Notes under the pieces: model-generated
Databases searched by the model: none
Told to the model about the DNA's origin: nothing
Seen by the model: the letters and a program-made list of their open reading frames with translations, nothing else
NCBI GenBank assembly: GCA_011109175.1
Contig: RDEW01000003.1
Location: 811,951-844,720 of the forward strand
DNA: 32,770 nt
From: Dicyema japonicum
Lineage: Eukaryota; Animalia; Dicyemida
Direction: 5' to 3'
Made by a program: the position numbers and the translations under genes
Part shown: piece after piece, positions 12,593-25,333 of the stretch
Layout of the letters: every line of letters starts with the position of its first letter
How positions within the stretch are numbered: position 1 is the stretch's first letter

Positions 12593-12769
12593 CTCCATCA
12601 CTGATGACATATAAATACGACTGTCATTTAGTTCATTATTCGCGTATCCGATTGGAATTAAAGTCATAGCACCCTGTAGGGTCACCCTCGGTTGACAACG
12701 GAAACGCGGAGCGGCAGAACAAAGTAGTTCTCCATCGCCAATGAACACTCTTGGAGTTCAAAATCCGTC

Positions 12770-13679
12770 TTCATCGTCACTATTTCCAAAATGCTCGTTC
12801 CATTCATTTTCGTTTAGTCTGTCGTTATAATGGGGATCTTCTTGGTCTTCTTTATCTTTAGTTTCCTACTCTTCCCAGATAAGGTCGCTGCTGTTCCATC
12901 GAGAGCGTTGGAAATGCAGCATTTCTTAAAGGAGCGTTTCACAGTAGACAGTGACACATTATCCCACGACTGTTTAATCATTCTGTTATTGCTTCCAACG
13001 AAGGTGCTTTCATGGCTCCTCCTTTAGTAAACTGCTTCTCGTCTTCTATCATCCAAATACTCCAATTTCCTTTCAATATGTCTCCTAATGGCCTGTTCAA
13101 AAAAACATCAAGTAGTTAAACATCACTTGTTAATCCACCAGGAATAACGGCAACATCAGTGTTGTTGCATTTAAGTTTTATTTTGACGGAGTCCACTGTA
13201 GATGGGTTTTGAAAGAATCCCATACGAGAGTTTCATACTTTTTCTTTCCAGATCTTGATTCCCTCTGCATCCATCCATCCTTTTGGACGATTGAAATTAC
13301 TACACCAGAAGGGAATTATTTTTTTGGTAGAGTTTTTCTCTTAAAAACGACGATCGGCTTCAGCTTTGTATCATCAGCTAAGCAGAAAAGAACAACAGTG
13401 AATCTAGACTTTTCGTGGCCTGTTGTTTACACGAGAACAGTTTTTTCATTTTTGGCAGATAGTTTTCGACGTAGGCATATCAAACCATACCGGAGTTTCA
13501 TTTTATACCATTCACTTCTATAATTAGATTGATCTTTGCAAGAATTTTTTTGTGAAGAGTGTAGCAATTACCATCACATTTAAAGCGATGAATAGGAAGT
13601 TGAATTTCATGACTCGGTGTATGAGTCGAGGTCAACTTTTGATCTAAAAAGGTCGACTTATATACCGGCAAATACGGTA
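12770..13679 (-). mobile_element. pogo/Tc2-type DNA transposon remnant with one TIR
   Basis: ETPVWFDMP; TTGHEKSRFTVVL; PKGWMD; LVWDSFKTHL; VAVIPGGLTS; SFKKCCISNALDG; acidic tail. Terminus TA-CCGTATTTGCCGGTATATAAGTCGAC at 13679 downward. Confidence 0.92.
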
Positions 13680-13732
13680 AGTAGATATAAAATCAAAGAA
13701 CATGGTGAGAGTTTGTAGGTTATACTCTAAGC

Positions 13733-15385
13733 CACGGGTTCTCAACCTTTTTTTACTCGTCGGCCCCTTGACTTTTTTTTCGTCCCCCCTAATATTTAAT
13801 CGATTCCTTAAAACTTTTTTAGAACAGACAATTCTAAGTAAAATTAGTTAACTATCTATAATGAATTCATTGTTAATAATCAAATCAAACAAAAAAAGAA
13901 TAACTCGATGTTAAGTTGGTATCTTAACCTAAATTTATAAAAAAAAATTTAAATACAAATGGGATCCCCGTGACTGATGTTTTTTGGCCAAAGATTCGAT
14001 ATCTGGCTCTATATGTGTTATTTTTAAACGAATATCTCCTCTAGTGGACACATCCAATCTGTTTCGTTCTTTATTTACAATTCGATGTAGAATGCTAAAT
14101 CCGCATTCAACACAGTATGATGTCGGAAAATAGAGTAGCAATTGTGCTATTTTTGTCCACAATTTCGGATAACCTCAGTGTGAAGCACAAGACGGATATA
14201 TGTTTCTTTAGCCTCAGCAAAATTTTCTAAAAAGACGATCATACTTGCTTTAATTTTGTTTATGATTTTAATAAATATATTTATCGTATCATGTAGAATT
14301 GGCGAAAGAGCTTTTGAAACCAAATGTTGTCTATGTAGAACGCAATGTATATGAATCACATTTGGACATATTTTTTTTCAAATATGCCGCAAATCCTTTA
14401 TATTTTCTAACATAGACATTGCACCATCTGTGGCACAAGAAACCAAATTTTCATATGGAATCTTCTTGTCATCCAAAAATAATTTGACTACGGAAAAAAT
14501 AGAAAATCCAGTCATATCAGTTTCCAAATATTTGACGATTAATAAAACTTCTGCAGGAAGAGCATGATTGTCAAAATATCTTAAAGGGTAAGCTTCTAGT
14601 AAGATTAACCTGACATATCCGATTAGAATTGATTGGTTGTCATATGTATGACTTTCGTCAATTTAAAATGAAAAAAATAGTATTTTAAGCTTTTCACATA
14701 AAATATGTCCAACATTATCTGACATTTCGTCAATCCTGCGGCGAATGGAATCATTGCTAATTGTCACGGATTTTAAAATTTCGTCTGGATTTAAACCCAT
14801 CAGATCTGACAGAATCACTGATATAGATGGTTTGATGAGATTTTCACCAGAAACATGGGAACTCTCATTTTTGGCAATAATCATTGCAATTTTATAGTAT
14901 GCAATTAGTCTTCCTAAAAATAATTTAAAATAACAACAACTATTGTTTCTTTCACTACTATTTGTAAAATCAGTGACAATCGTTTTTTGTTTACGAAAAA
15001 ATCCTTTAATTCTTCAAAATACTCAATGGTTTATCAATTTTTATCCAAATGTTTACTCCTAAGATGATCCAACAATTTGGACGGTTTCATTGCATCATTT
15101 GATAACTTGTTACACAGTAAGCAATGTGGTCTATTATCAAAAAAAATTTTCAAATATTCAATTTTATATTGACGAATTTTTAATAGAAGGACGACTCATA
15201 AACGAACAAAAAGCATGCTAATTTTAAAAATTAAAAAAGACAAATGTTTCCACTTTAAAATAAACTAACTTAATTTAAATAGAAAAAAATTAAAATTATT
15301 AAATTTATTTTCGACCCCCTTACGATCGATCTGGATTGATTTTAGACTTCTGGGGGTCAAATCGACCCCAGGTTGAGAACCGCTG
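13733..15385 (-). mobile_element. Buster-family hAT transposon, internally deleted, with both TIRs and TSD
   Basis: TIRs cacgggttctcaacct / aggttgagaaccgctg; perfect 8-bp TSD CTCTAAGC (13725-13732 and 15386-15393) with central TA; HVSGENLIKP, CATDGA, HIHCVLHRQHL, FPTSYCVECGFS. Confidence 0.95.
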
Positions 15386-15393
15386 CTCTAAGC

Positions 15394-15600
15394 CATCCAG
15401 TTTCACGTTGATCCTTGGTGACCTTTGGATCATTGAGCCGATCCTACAGACTAGATCTTCCGTTTTGGGTCAAGAAGTCCTGATCCTCCGAAATACTTCG
15501 GTACATCCTTCTCTTCTGATTTTCTGCGTCTTAAGAAATCATCGCTTATATAAATAAATTGAGTCCACTTGTCACGGTTGTTGGCACATAGTTCAAATCG
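15394..15600 (-). mobile_element. CRE-clade RLE 3' fragment ending at the Buster insertion site
   Basis: DNA-level similarity to 22985-23165; the TSD falls in the ETGWLR codons. Confidence 0.7.
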
Positions 15601-15784
15601 AAGCTGTGTTACCCGATGATTAGAGAAAAATGAAAAAAGCGTCATTTAGGGAAGAATTCGTTAGTTCTCTGAATGTAGAGCCCGGATGCCATCAAATTTA
15701 CACGTGAAAGTGCCGGAGCTCCCATAAGTATTTTATGCTTTAGATACGAGTCACATCCTCTTGGCAAAATTAAATGTTCTAAAT

Positions 15785-16297
15785 CAGTGGTTCCTAACCT
15801 GGGTTACGGGGAACCCCAGAGTTCCGAGAAATTTATAGATCATTTGGTAATGTTGGATGACATTGGGATAAATTTGATGGCGACTGGGCACAAAATCCAT
15901 TCAAAGTGAAGTTATACCAGCAACTCAACCAAATCAGTAAATACATAAAATGAACCCCTTTTTAATTTTTGAAAAGCATATATTTCAAAATACCCTGATA
16001 TTTCAAAGGCTATAAGTAAACTATTACCTTTCCCTGCGAGTTACTTATGTGAGTCGGGGTTTTCAATATACACATCTACCAAAACTTCCGTGATATGAGG
16101 AGACATTTGTCATCAATAACTCATAACGATACACAACTATGCTATGGTAAAAAGTTACCTCAATGTTCACATAAAAATTATTGTTGGTTATTACGTATGT
16201 TTTAAGTGAAAATTGTAATAATTTAATTGGAAGGGATCCGCAAAAAATAAATTAACCCAAAAGGGTTCCGCGAGCACCTTAAGGTTGGGAACCACTG
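15785..16297 (+). mobile_element. Non-autonomous Buster-type hAT element, 513 bp
   Basis: TIRs cagtggttcctaacct / aggttgggaaccactg; residual dimerisation-domain sequence (SYLCESGFS). Flanks ttctaaat / ctgtaaag match at 5 of 8 positions and both have central TA. Confidence 0.88.
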
Positions 16298-16574
16298 CTG
16301 TAAAGAATCTCTTTTCCTGCCCAACCGAACCTCTGGCTGCCTCGAACTGGCGCTAGGCAGATCCCTAAAATCCATATACGAATTAGCCACCAAAGAATAA
16401 GTTCTAAATTCAAAAGTATAAGATTGAAAAATTAATATTAAATAAATTATTAAAAAAATAATATTTAAATTATATAAAAAATTCCGCTGGTAATACGTAT
16501 GGATATAACAAGACAGTGTAATAATAGTCAAATAGCTACAGAAATTGTCTCTATTATAAATTAAAGCATAGTGG

Positions 16575-17750
16575 TCGTCATTGGTGGCAGGACTAAAGGC
16601 AACACTACCGCTGAGAACATACAGGAGCAAATGGAAGATCATTCAAACTGTTTTAATGGGATTGATGCTGTCCACTATCTCCATCACTTTATGATATTTG
16701 AGTGTCCATTCTACAGACGTGGAGTCCCTCTGTTTATTCAATTCTCATTCCACAGTTCAAAAGTGGCCAAACTACTAGAAAAGTTCCGACAATGTGGAAT
16801 CATAGTACCCGTCAATAAATCCTTCTGTGTCCCTTCTTAGATGGAGATACTCTCTACAGGCAAAACTCTTTATATATTCAAGGTTCGGATCTAATAGGAA
16901 TATCAGTAGTCTCAGCAACCAGACCGAGGACCTAATAGCCTCAATGATGACACTCTCCATGCCCACAAAAAACCATTTAACTGTGCAGTACTCACCCCCA
17001 GGCAAATCGAGCTTATATATGCGGACGTTTGTGTGGACTTGTACTTTATGTACTCATTGTAGTCTGAGGAAGGAGCTGAAGGTGATGATCAAAAACACTA
17101 ACAAATTCCTTGAAATATCATAGAAGAGGTAGTGGATGGACGTATAATGATGGATTAATATGCATTATAATTGATAATTGCCAACAATTGGGGGTTATTA
17201 AAGGAGTCAATGATGACTGTGACAGAAGTCTTCTCCGATTGTTGGATGCCTATTATTGGGAGTTGGTTTAAAAGTAGAATCGACTGGTGATTTTGTAGAT
17301 GTCCGTAATCTGAGCTGTGAGATGGTTGAGACTATGTTCTCCTTTATTGCCAATTACTATAGAATGCTGGTGTTTGGGGAGGTTATACCCGCTGCCTGTG
17401 GGTGCGTCATTAAGGCTTGTTTGTTGGCTAAGAATGTCCCCGCTTTGCAGGTGGCATTGACTATGCTTCCCTCTGCTTCTTATCATGTGTTGCAAAGATA
17501 TTTTGTCGTGATGAGTAAACTGGTGGAGGATAATTGCACTCTGATGTGCCATGTTGACACGTGGATTGGGCTGATTGTAACATTTTTGTTATTGTAGAGT
17601 GTGGAACATAAATGTGCTGTGAGGAGATTTATGCGTACTCTAAAACGTGCTTGGACTATCCCCCATTCAGTTAAGGATGATATTAATAGAATAATTGATG
17701 ATACTCAGCACAGAGATTTGATTTATTTTTTATTTATTTCGTATTATTCG
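16575..17750 (+). pseudogene. DEPDC1: DEPDC1/DEPDC7-like (DEP plus RhoGAP-like) pseudogene
   Basis: LPLRTYRSKW..HSNCFNGIDAVHYL..KVAKLLEKF (DEP); MFSFIANYY..ALQVALTMLPSASYHVLQRYF..MSKL (RhoGAP-like). Several frameshifts; 22-nt (17041-17062) and 21-nt (17577-17597) GT-AG segments restore the frame locally. Confidence 0.7.
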
Positions 17751-19469
17751 TGTTTGCTTTTGTGATTTACCGTGATCACATGAGAACCAGTCGGAAGATT
17801 GTAGAAGGGAATAAAGCACCTATTACTAGCTTTTTGTGAGACAAATGATCGTTTTGTTCATTCTCCGTTGGGGCGTTACTTTTGAGAGAGAAGGATCACG
17901 TGTGTATTGCGCGACTGTTTGTCACGTTTGATTTAGGCATAAGGATTTTTTAGGTGGGCCAAATGTGGTAAAAGTCAGATTTTATTGATATCAAAGCAAG
18001 GTTGATAATTTCTATGACAGAGATTGTCAAACGGTGTGCCGTCGCTTATTGAAACTGTTTAATGATCGATTCTTAAATTAATGGTGTTGGAGTAGAATAT
18101 TGGAGAATTCTCGATCGACAGTATTAACTACTTAAGGGATCTAGTGATCATGGATTGTTTTCTGTCGAGACTGATAGAGTCCAGTCTCTGGATGGTTTTG
18201 TAGAATCAGAATTTGATCATCAAAATAGGAATAATTTACCTCCTTTATGAATTAATAAATAATAATTATTTATTAATTTTCGATTACAGATTTTATATGT
18301 AAATCACTGATAAATCTATTTAACAATATTCGAGATTAATTTATTAACTTGAAATATCGTTCCACGTTTGATTGACAACTAGAGATAATTTAGCTGAATT
18401 AAATGTCGTTTATAAGATTTATAAATAATCAGAATATATAATTTATTCTTAAATTTGCATTTAATTTACAATATGAATAATATAGTGATAACCAAATAAT
18501 TTCATTTCGAATTTAAGGTGATTTATTATTCCAAGGAAATATAGAATTTCATGTATCTATCGATGCTCAGTGAATTCCTTTTACTATTTCAGAATAAGAC
18601 TTCTCTTCCTTCTCGTATTCCTTCTCTTCTTTCCTTTTACTAGAAAAAATCATGCGATTCACTCATCCGAATTGTGCCTAGTCTAGGACGGCACAAAAAA
18701 GAATTGTTTCTTTCCCCACTCCTATAACTACCAATATTTTTTTAGAGGGAGTGTCGTATAAGACAGGAAACATGAAGTTTTGACTATTTTTTTTATTGTG
18801 AGTAGACAATGATAAAATGATGTTTTTTTAAATATCTAGTTATTATCAGAGTATAATTTAATATTAAATAATGGTTGTAAATGAAATCCGAATATTTATT
18901 AACAAACAAAGCCCCATGTAAATTTTAATTAAATTAGTATCACAAGTACCGTCAAAGCGATCACTCCCAATGATATTGCAAAGTAATGATTTGCAGACAA
19001 AGTCCTGCGTGAAGGATTATTTATCAGAAATAGTGTAGCGGTCGAGTCTACAATATAAATAATTAATATAATTTTAAAAATAGATTAATAAATATTAATA
19101 TTGTACCTTCAGTCGTTGATGTTGTCGTATTTGGTTCAACTAAATAATTGATGAAATATGTGAATTAAAAATGTTTCAAATAAACGACATATTTACTAAT
19201 TAGTTATTTACCTAGAATAGGATCAGTAGATTCGCATTTAGCATCTTAAAAATCATTTTGATTTCCTTTTTGTATTTTCATTTTATCCGCTGTAAATATA
19301 AATAATTGTGAATTCGTCTTTCAAAAGTATCGCAATGATAAACAGTTACGAAAAAGATAAACAAATTAAAATAATTACTAAAATTAAAATAATCATTTTT
19401 TTATTATATATTAACTGACATTTACATTCGTTAAACATTATTTATTAATTTTTTAATAACGTGCGCATC

Positions 19470-20566
19470 AACGTGCTTATGGTTAAATCAGTTCGTCGTT
19501 TTTATAAAGATACTTATTTGTCATTCGGATTTATGTGCAAAAATAAAAATAAACAACCTCAATGTCTAATTTGCATAGAAATCTTGGCAAATGATGCTAT
19601 GGTTCCTAGAAACTAAAGAGACATTTTACACCCAAGCATCCGGACTATTCCAAAAAATCTGTGGATTATCCATTTGAAAAAAACAACAAGTGTTATTTAG
19701 TTTTTACTATGAATCTTAGATTCAGTCAAATTATGTTCAGTGAAACTTTTGTAAACACAAAGGAATCATTGAAATGTTCATACCTGATCTCAGAATTGAT
19801 AGCAAAACAGCTAAAACCTCACACTATTGGCTAAAATTTAATAATCCCTCCTTGTCGTATTATTCCTCGGACTATGTTTGGTCATAAATATGAACAAAAA
19901 ATAATGAAGATACCTTTGTCAGATAAAACTGTTTCTCGTCGGATTTGTGCTTTGTAAATATTGAAAATGAACATTTAATAATTTTGGAAAACAAAATGAT
20001 GCTTATTTTCCAGACTTAGAAATTGAAAAATTCGATTGGGTTATTATTTTTTAAATATTTTTTAGATACGAAATACTTTTCTTGTGTCAGAATCAAAACA
20101 CTTATCTTTTAAAGAAAATAGAACTTATTGCACTGTTTTATGATCGATCCTTAAAATTAATGATGACGGAGTTAGACATTGGAGAATTTTGATATATATT
20201 CGAAACATATATCCCAGTTTATCAAAACAGGCACTGAACATAATTTTAAATTTTTCAATGATCCATTTATGCGAAACAGGTTTTTCTACGCTGCATAATA
20301 TGAAGTATAACAAACGTGAAAGTTTGAGAAACATTGATGCTGAAATGCGGGTGGCTTTGTCAATCATTTGACCTGATATTGATGATATATGCAAAAACAA
20401 TAATAATTAAGACTTCATTTTTTATTAATAAAAATTTGGGCAATAATTTCCAATTTTTACTTAGTTTTACACATCTTAAAAATTTAATTTTTTATTTTTT
20501 AATGTTTGCCGTGGATTATTTTTTTACGATTAGTGTGCCGCGAGAATTATATTTTGAAAACCTCTG
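19470..20566 (+). mobile_element. Buster-family hAT transposase remnant with right TIR
   Basis: YLSFGF..QPQCLICIEILANDAM..KRHF; KPHTIG; IPLSDKTVSRRI; LCETGFS..AEMRVALS. Terminus ttgaaaacctctg followed by ctaTAgta. The left TIR was not found. Confidence 0.88.
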
Positions 20567-20734
20567 CTATAGTAGATTTCTCACCACAGTTATGAATTTA
20601 TAAAAAGAGATATCAACTATTTATTATTATTATAACTATCCAGGAATAATTTATTTTTTATTTATTAAAATATTTATTTATTTTTTTTTCTTTTTTTTAT
20701 TTCAAAAATTTATTAACAATAAAATATTATTTAT

Positions 20735-20925
20735 TAACTATGGGGGAGAGCGGCTGCTGACATCACGGAGTAAGCGTTTCCGCGAACAACTACGATACCA
20801 ATTCTTTGCCTCAGCCAGACCGCTTCCCGCACGTCTTTTTTGCGGTGGGCCAATTTTCCCCGATTTCCTTTAGGAAAGACCTGTAATACTTCCGGCCGCA
20901 CCAGACATCTAGATTGCTACCGTTT
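20735..20925 (-). mobile_element. CRE-clade 3' end
   Basis: KEIG..LAHRKKDVREAVWLRQRIGIVVVRGNAYSVM, followed by an A/T-rich 3' region. Confidence 0.82.
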
Positions 20926-21029
20926 TTTTATTTTAATTTAAATTTATTGAAAAAATTATTGCATTAGAGAAAAAGTCGTGCTCTATGATCTTTTAATAGA
21001 AGATTGACTTACTCGTCGCCTTCATTGAC

Positions 21030-21135
21030 CCTAAATGGAATAACAATCCCCTACACAAATTCAACCAAAACAATGGGGGTCACATATGACCCACTAATGA
21101 CCTTCAGAAAACATGTGAGCAACATAATCTCCACT
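21030..21135 (+). mobile_element. APE-type LINE post-RT fragment
   Basis: LNGITIPYTNSTKTMGVTYDPLMTFRKHVSNI. Confidence 0.75.
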
Positions 21136-21779
21136 TTCCCATAAAAAATTGAACTTTGTAAAAACGCTACTTGGATACTACAAGAGATTGTTCCACCCAT
21201 CAGTAGATCATCTTCACTACCAATATATACTTCCGTCAATAACTTATCTTCTAGAGCACATCGATTATAATAGAAGTGATGACAAGAGACAGATGACGTA
21301 ACGATATACCATGGAGAAAAAGGGACGTGTCATTCTTGGGATTTAATGTGAACAAACACTTTCTCTAATGGAATTTGCTCAACTCATCGTTCTCCCTGGT
21401 TCCACAGTGAGAATTTCTAAAGATTTGTACAAATGAAGGTACCGCATCATTCGCTTTTCAGCATATTTTTGTTGAGACGTCAAGCGGTATTTACCCATGC
21501 GTGCATAAGTTACAGATTGGTTGACAATGGTTTGCTCTTTTCTCCTCGATACATTCATAGAGTTCACAGTAGATTTTTTTACCACAAGCTGTTTGGACGA
21601 AGTAAATGTCCAGAGTAAATTAGCATCCAAATTGTTGTCATGTTTCACAATAACGAAACCAATTAGAATCCTCTATATCAGGGATATATGCGAAATTATC
21701 TGCATTTTAAAAATTTTCCATTTATTTATGGTTTCATTTATTTATTATGATAACTTTCCATTTACTTATTTAAAACCCA

Positions 21780-22260
21780 AGACCACGGTAAAACCAAACA
21801 ACTATCACGTGATCCCGATGCGTTCCACCAAAATCCTCATCCTTTCCCGGTGATCCTCCCTCGTGCCCACACAAGCTCGTACTGGGCGGCTGACTGTATT
21901 TGCAGGGCCACCTTTCCGCATGCCGGAGTTTAGTTTGATGAGGGCCCCCCAGAGTAGTTGGTCCGGTTCTATGTCTCCCACAAGTCCACCGCTCCGTGAC
22001 TCTAAAAGACTTCTTTTGTACGTCCTCGATATTCTTGTATTCGTCCATGATAATGAAGGTCCCCACGAAGCACACGCATGCGAGAAGCATGATTCAATGT
22101 ATTGTTTGTAGATATTCATCAAGACCGGGTGGGCACCGGTCTTCCATATTCCTGATAAACATTTCAATACATTGATTTTCTTCTCGCACTTCAGAACAAT
22201 GTTTGCCACGTGTGGTGACAAACATAAGTGCGTATCCACTTATGGGAAAACAAGTAAGAA
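21780..22260 (-). mobile_element. I/Ingi-like LINE post-RT fragment
   Basis: DTHLCLSPHVANIVLKCEKKINVLKCLSG..NIYKQYIES..ACASWGPSLSWTN. Confidence 0.8.
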
Positions 22261-22519
22261 ATAGTAGAATTGTGCAATTTATTATCGGTTACAGGGTATC
22301 AACCGGTTTTCCGACATCAGATAAGTTGGATAATGGCGGCTTCCGAATGGTGTTGGTACTGAAAATCCCAATTTCAGAATAACTATTATTAGGCTTAACT
22401 CACTAAAACAAGAAAATAAAAAAATTAAAATTTTATAACAAAATATATTAATTATCAAATGAATAAAAATAAGCAAAAGTCCTATTTGTTTTGTGTCTTC
22501 GAAAAGAAGAAAGAGTCCC

Positions 22520-23222
22520 TTGAAAGACGGAAGATGTAAGAAGGTTTGCCTGCCTCAAAACAGCCAGTTGTCACTCGACGGGGGCCTGGATGAACGCTTA
22601 TCTATCTGCCGAAATTGGAAATCTGTTGGATGATGAGGCTGTGAGAATAGCTACCTCGCTTCGTCTTGATCTTAAATTGTGTGCCGAAAGAAAATGACCC
22701 TGTGGACGTTGGATCGATCCTTTTGGTTATCAACCCTTGTCATGCAAGATGAGTGCGGGTCGTTTCCCCAGGCACTCCTGTCTTAACTCGACATTAAAGA
22801 ATTCCCTTGCCTCTGCTGGACACTATTGCCTGTTAGAACCTGCTGGTCTTTCCCGAAGCGATGGAAAACGCCTGATGGGATGACGACTTTTCCATTCGCT
22901 AAACGGACGAAACCTGATTTGGGACGCGACGTGTGTTGATACTTATTCCCCGTCTAATTTGGTTGCTTCTGCTTCAGACTCAGGACATGCTTCAAGCAGG
23001 CCGAGGAACGAAAGAGGAGGAAGTACCAGAGAATTTCGGAGGAGTATCTTTTGTTCCATTCGCGGTGGAAACGTCAGGAATCCTTGGCCCCAAGCAGATG
23101 ATTGGTCGTAAGATCGGCTCCATGATTCAAGCTGTGACCAAGGATCCGCGAGAGACTGGTTGGTTCGAGAACGTATCTCGTTGGCTATTGTTAGGGGAAA
23201 TAGCATGGCCATTCAGATGCCT
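22520..23222 (+). mobile_element. CRE-clade C-terminal zinc-binding/RLE domain and 3' end
   Basis: GAWMNA..LSCKMSAGRFPRH..EPAGLSRSDGKR/PDGMT..LIWDATCVDT..FVPFAVETSG..RERISLAIVRGN. Confidence 0.92.
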
Positions 23223-23384
23223 TAATTTAATTTTTATTCATTTGATAATAAAACATATAAAGTCTATATAAAAAATATATTAATTTAAATATCAAGTTTT
23301 TTAGAAGACTTCCTCGATCATCACATTTTGTTATATGCTGTTTACGTTTGCTTAGTACAACTCGAGTCTTCGAGCCAAGGTTAA

Positions 23385-23640
23385 AAGTAAAAAAAAACAT
23401 GTAACCTCTCTGAAATAAGGTCCAACGTTATAAACATGGTGAACAAGGTCCTCCATACATATAATGTCATATTTTCTTTAAATTTTCAACATAACAACCA
23501 AATTATCACTAATCATAGCATTATTTGTAATTGGCTGACTGACTTCCAATGATCTTCATCGCTTATAAACAAGGTTCCAAAAAAAAAGATCCACGACGAT
23601 TACGAGTTTACAGTTTTTTAGCGAAACTTCGATCGCTCAT
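23385..23640 (-). pseudogene. RPL7: 60S ribosomal protein L7 (uL30) pseudogene fragment, internally deleted
   Basis: LVYKR..QPITNNAMISDNL..KYDIICMEDLVHHVYNVGPYFREV; a 22-nt gt..ag segment lies between DNL and KYD but is one base out of frame. Confidence 0.8.
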
Positions 23641-23659
23641 TTATAAAGTAGGTTTTTTT

Positions 23660-23975
23660 AATGAATAATAATAATAGCCTTTTCACGAGAGCCATAATAT
23701 CTATAGCTCCGCATAGGGAGGACACACACTTTATTTAAGTAAAGAACAGTTATTTTTAACTAATCGCAGAACCAAGATCACTTCTTTTTTTCTTTTTCTT
23801 GTGTGTGGGTCCTTTCTAGACAATCCAGTTCCGCAGTGAGTATCCACTGATGACGGCGTCACTCGTCAAACCCTTTTGGCATCGTAGATGTGTGGAACCT
23901 TCCACCAGGTGAACAGCAGCGATAATCGAACCCGTGACCTAAGCCACTTTAGCCCGACACATAATCTAGAGAGTC
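23660..23975 (-). mobile_element. tRNA-derived SINE, near-complete copy
   Basis: B box GGTTCGATT (23924-23932), conserved core and an (ATT)n tail. Confidence 0.82.
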
Positions 23976-24424
23976 CGATTAAAATAAATAATGAACGATT
24001 TTGGTAAAGGTAAAATTCTTTTTGAAGCGTGAAACCATAAATATGATGTACCTTTGCTGATTTTATATTTGTCTTTCATACAATTTACTTTCATGTGGAT
24101 GAGCATACAAAGTTATGCAATGTTGGAGCTTTGTAGACGCTGTCAGAGTCAATTGGTTTCGGAGACAGAAAGGTTTTAAAAGTAACACAACAGATACACT
24201 TTTTTAGTAGGCACCTTCTGAATGAACTCTTTTTGAATTGTTCTTGTAATTTCATTTATGTTCAAAAAACTCACATGTGGTGTACAAACAAAGTTGATCT
24301 GACTTTGGCTTGTGAGCGTAATCGTTCTTTATGAACATGCGTGTCAGCCCTATTCTAATATTTGGTGATTAGTACTATCACTCGTGTCAAGTTATAAGTT
24401 CGATTCCCACAATGATCCCCTAAT

Positions 24425-25210
24425 TAATGACAAACCCTAGTGTTCCAGTGCAAACAGAGATCTCGAAGTCCTTTTCTATCCAGAGATAGACTGTTCATGT
24501 CGTAGGTGTCCAATTCCTGCATTGACAAGAGGTTGGTAAAAATTTTATGAAGAGTTCGAGGACCCAAACGTGGTCCTTGAGTTCAAAAACCGGGTGAATC
24601 ATAAAATAAGCCACTACAATACAAACCATTTGGTAGGTCTTAACAATCAGAAATCTCACAAGATTCCAATCAGAAGAAAAAAAAGTTTATCGGGGAATTC
24701 GAGGAAGGATAGTGTTTACCTTCTTTAGTAATGTATATATCATGGAGTATCAGTGGCATCACCGAGTGCCATTTACCTATTCTATTTGTTAACAAAACCT
24801 TCTCGGTTATTATACGGAATGAAACAAGTCGATAAGTGTTTTTTGAAAGAATCTTTTAAAATGAAGAGTGCAGGTTAGTTAAATGTTGGAATACAGATTA
24901 AAATTGAGGTTATCTAGAACTCATCAAGTTCGAGCACATCTACGGTACCTTTGGTTCCCCATCGTAAATAACAAGTTTCACAGCAATCACTGTTTTGGAT
25001 TAAATAAAGGAAAAGAGGAATATGATATCTCATTGACCCAAGTAATCATATTTATTTACCATGGACTAATGATAAACTTAAATATATGTTTTATAATATT
25101 CATTATTGAAGAAAACAAAAAGAAATGTTTTGACGATAACTGTTGTGTTATATGTCTATCAAACTCTGACGCCTCCAACTTACATATTAACCTACACTGC
25201 CATCATTAAA
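24425..25210 (+). pseudogene. RPUSD2: RluA-family pseudouridine synthase (RPUSD2-like) pseudogene
   Basis: DKP/SVPV; IGEF..ECHLPILFV..VFFERIF..LVKC; RTHQVRAHLRYLWFPIVN; C-terminal DDNCCVIC..NLHINLH. Contains stops and decayed intron-like segments. Confidence 0.72.
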
Positions 25211-25333
25211 TAATTACTACAGTCTCTCGACTTTTATATTTACTCTGAACCCCCGTTTAACTAATAGAAAGCATTAAACTAATATAATTATAAACTATTT
25301 ATGCACGTTGTATCATCAGAATAAACACATTTG

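Noticed and set aside
12464-12748. 94-aa ORF as a novel gene
   Set aside because: It overlaps a SINE remnant and abuts the pogo tail; most likely a chance open frame.
20745-20828. GC-rich stem-loop (gggagagcggctgctga..tcagccagaccgcttccc) as an ncRNA or ribozyme
   Set aside because: The opposite strand encodes the CRE C-terminal motif in frame, which explains the GC island.
23847-23890. CTGATGA in the SINE core as a hammerhead ribozyme (retrozyme)
   Set aside because: No GAAA follows stem II, stems I and III do not close, and the heptamer is not conserved in the other copies.
24360-24415. GTTCGATTCCC as a tRNA gene
   Set aside because: No cloverleaf or convincing A box.
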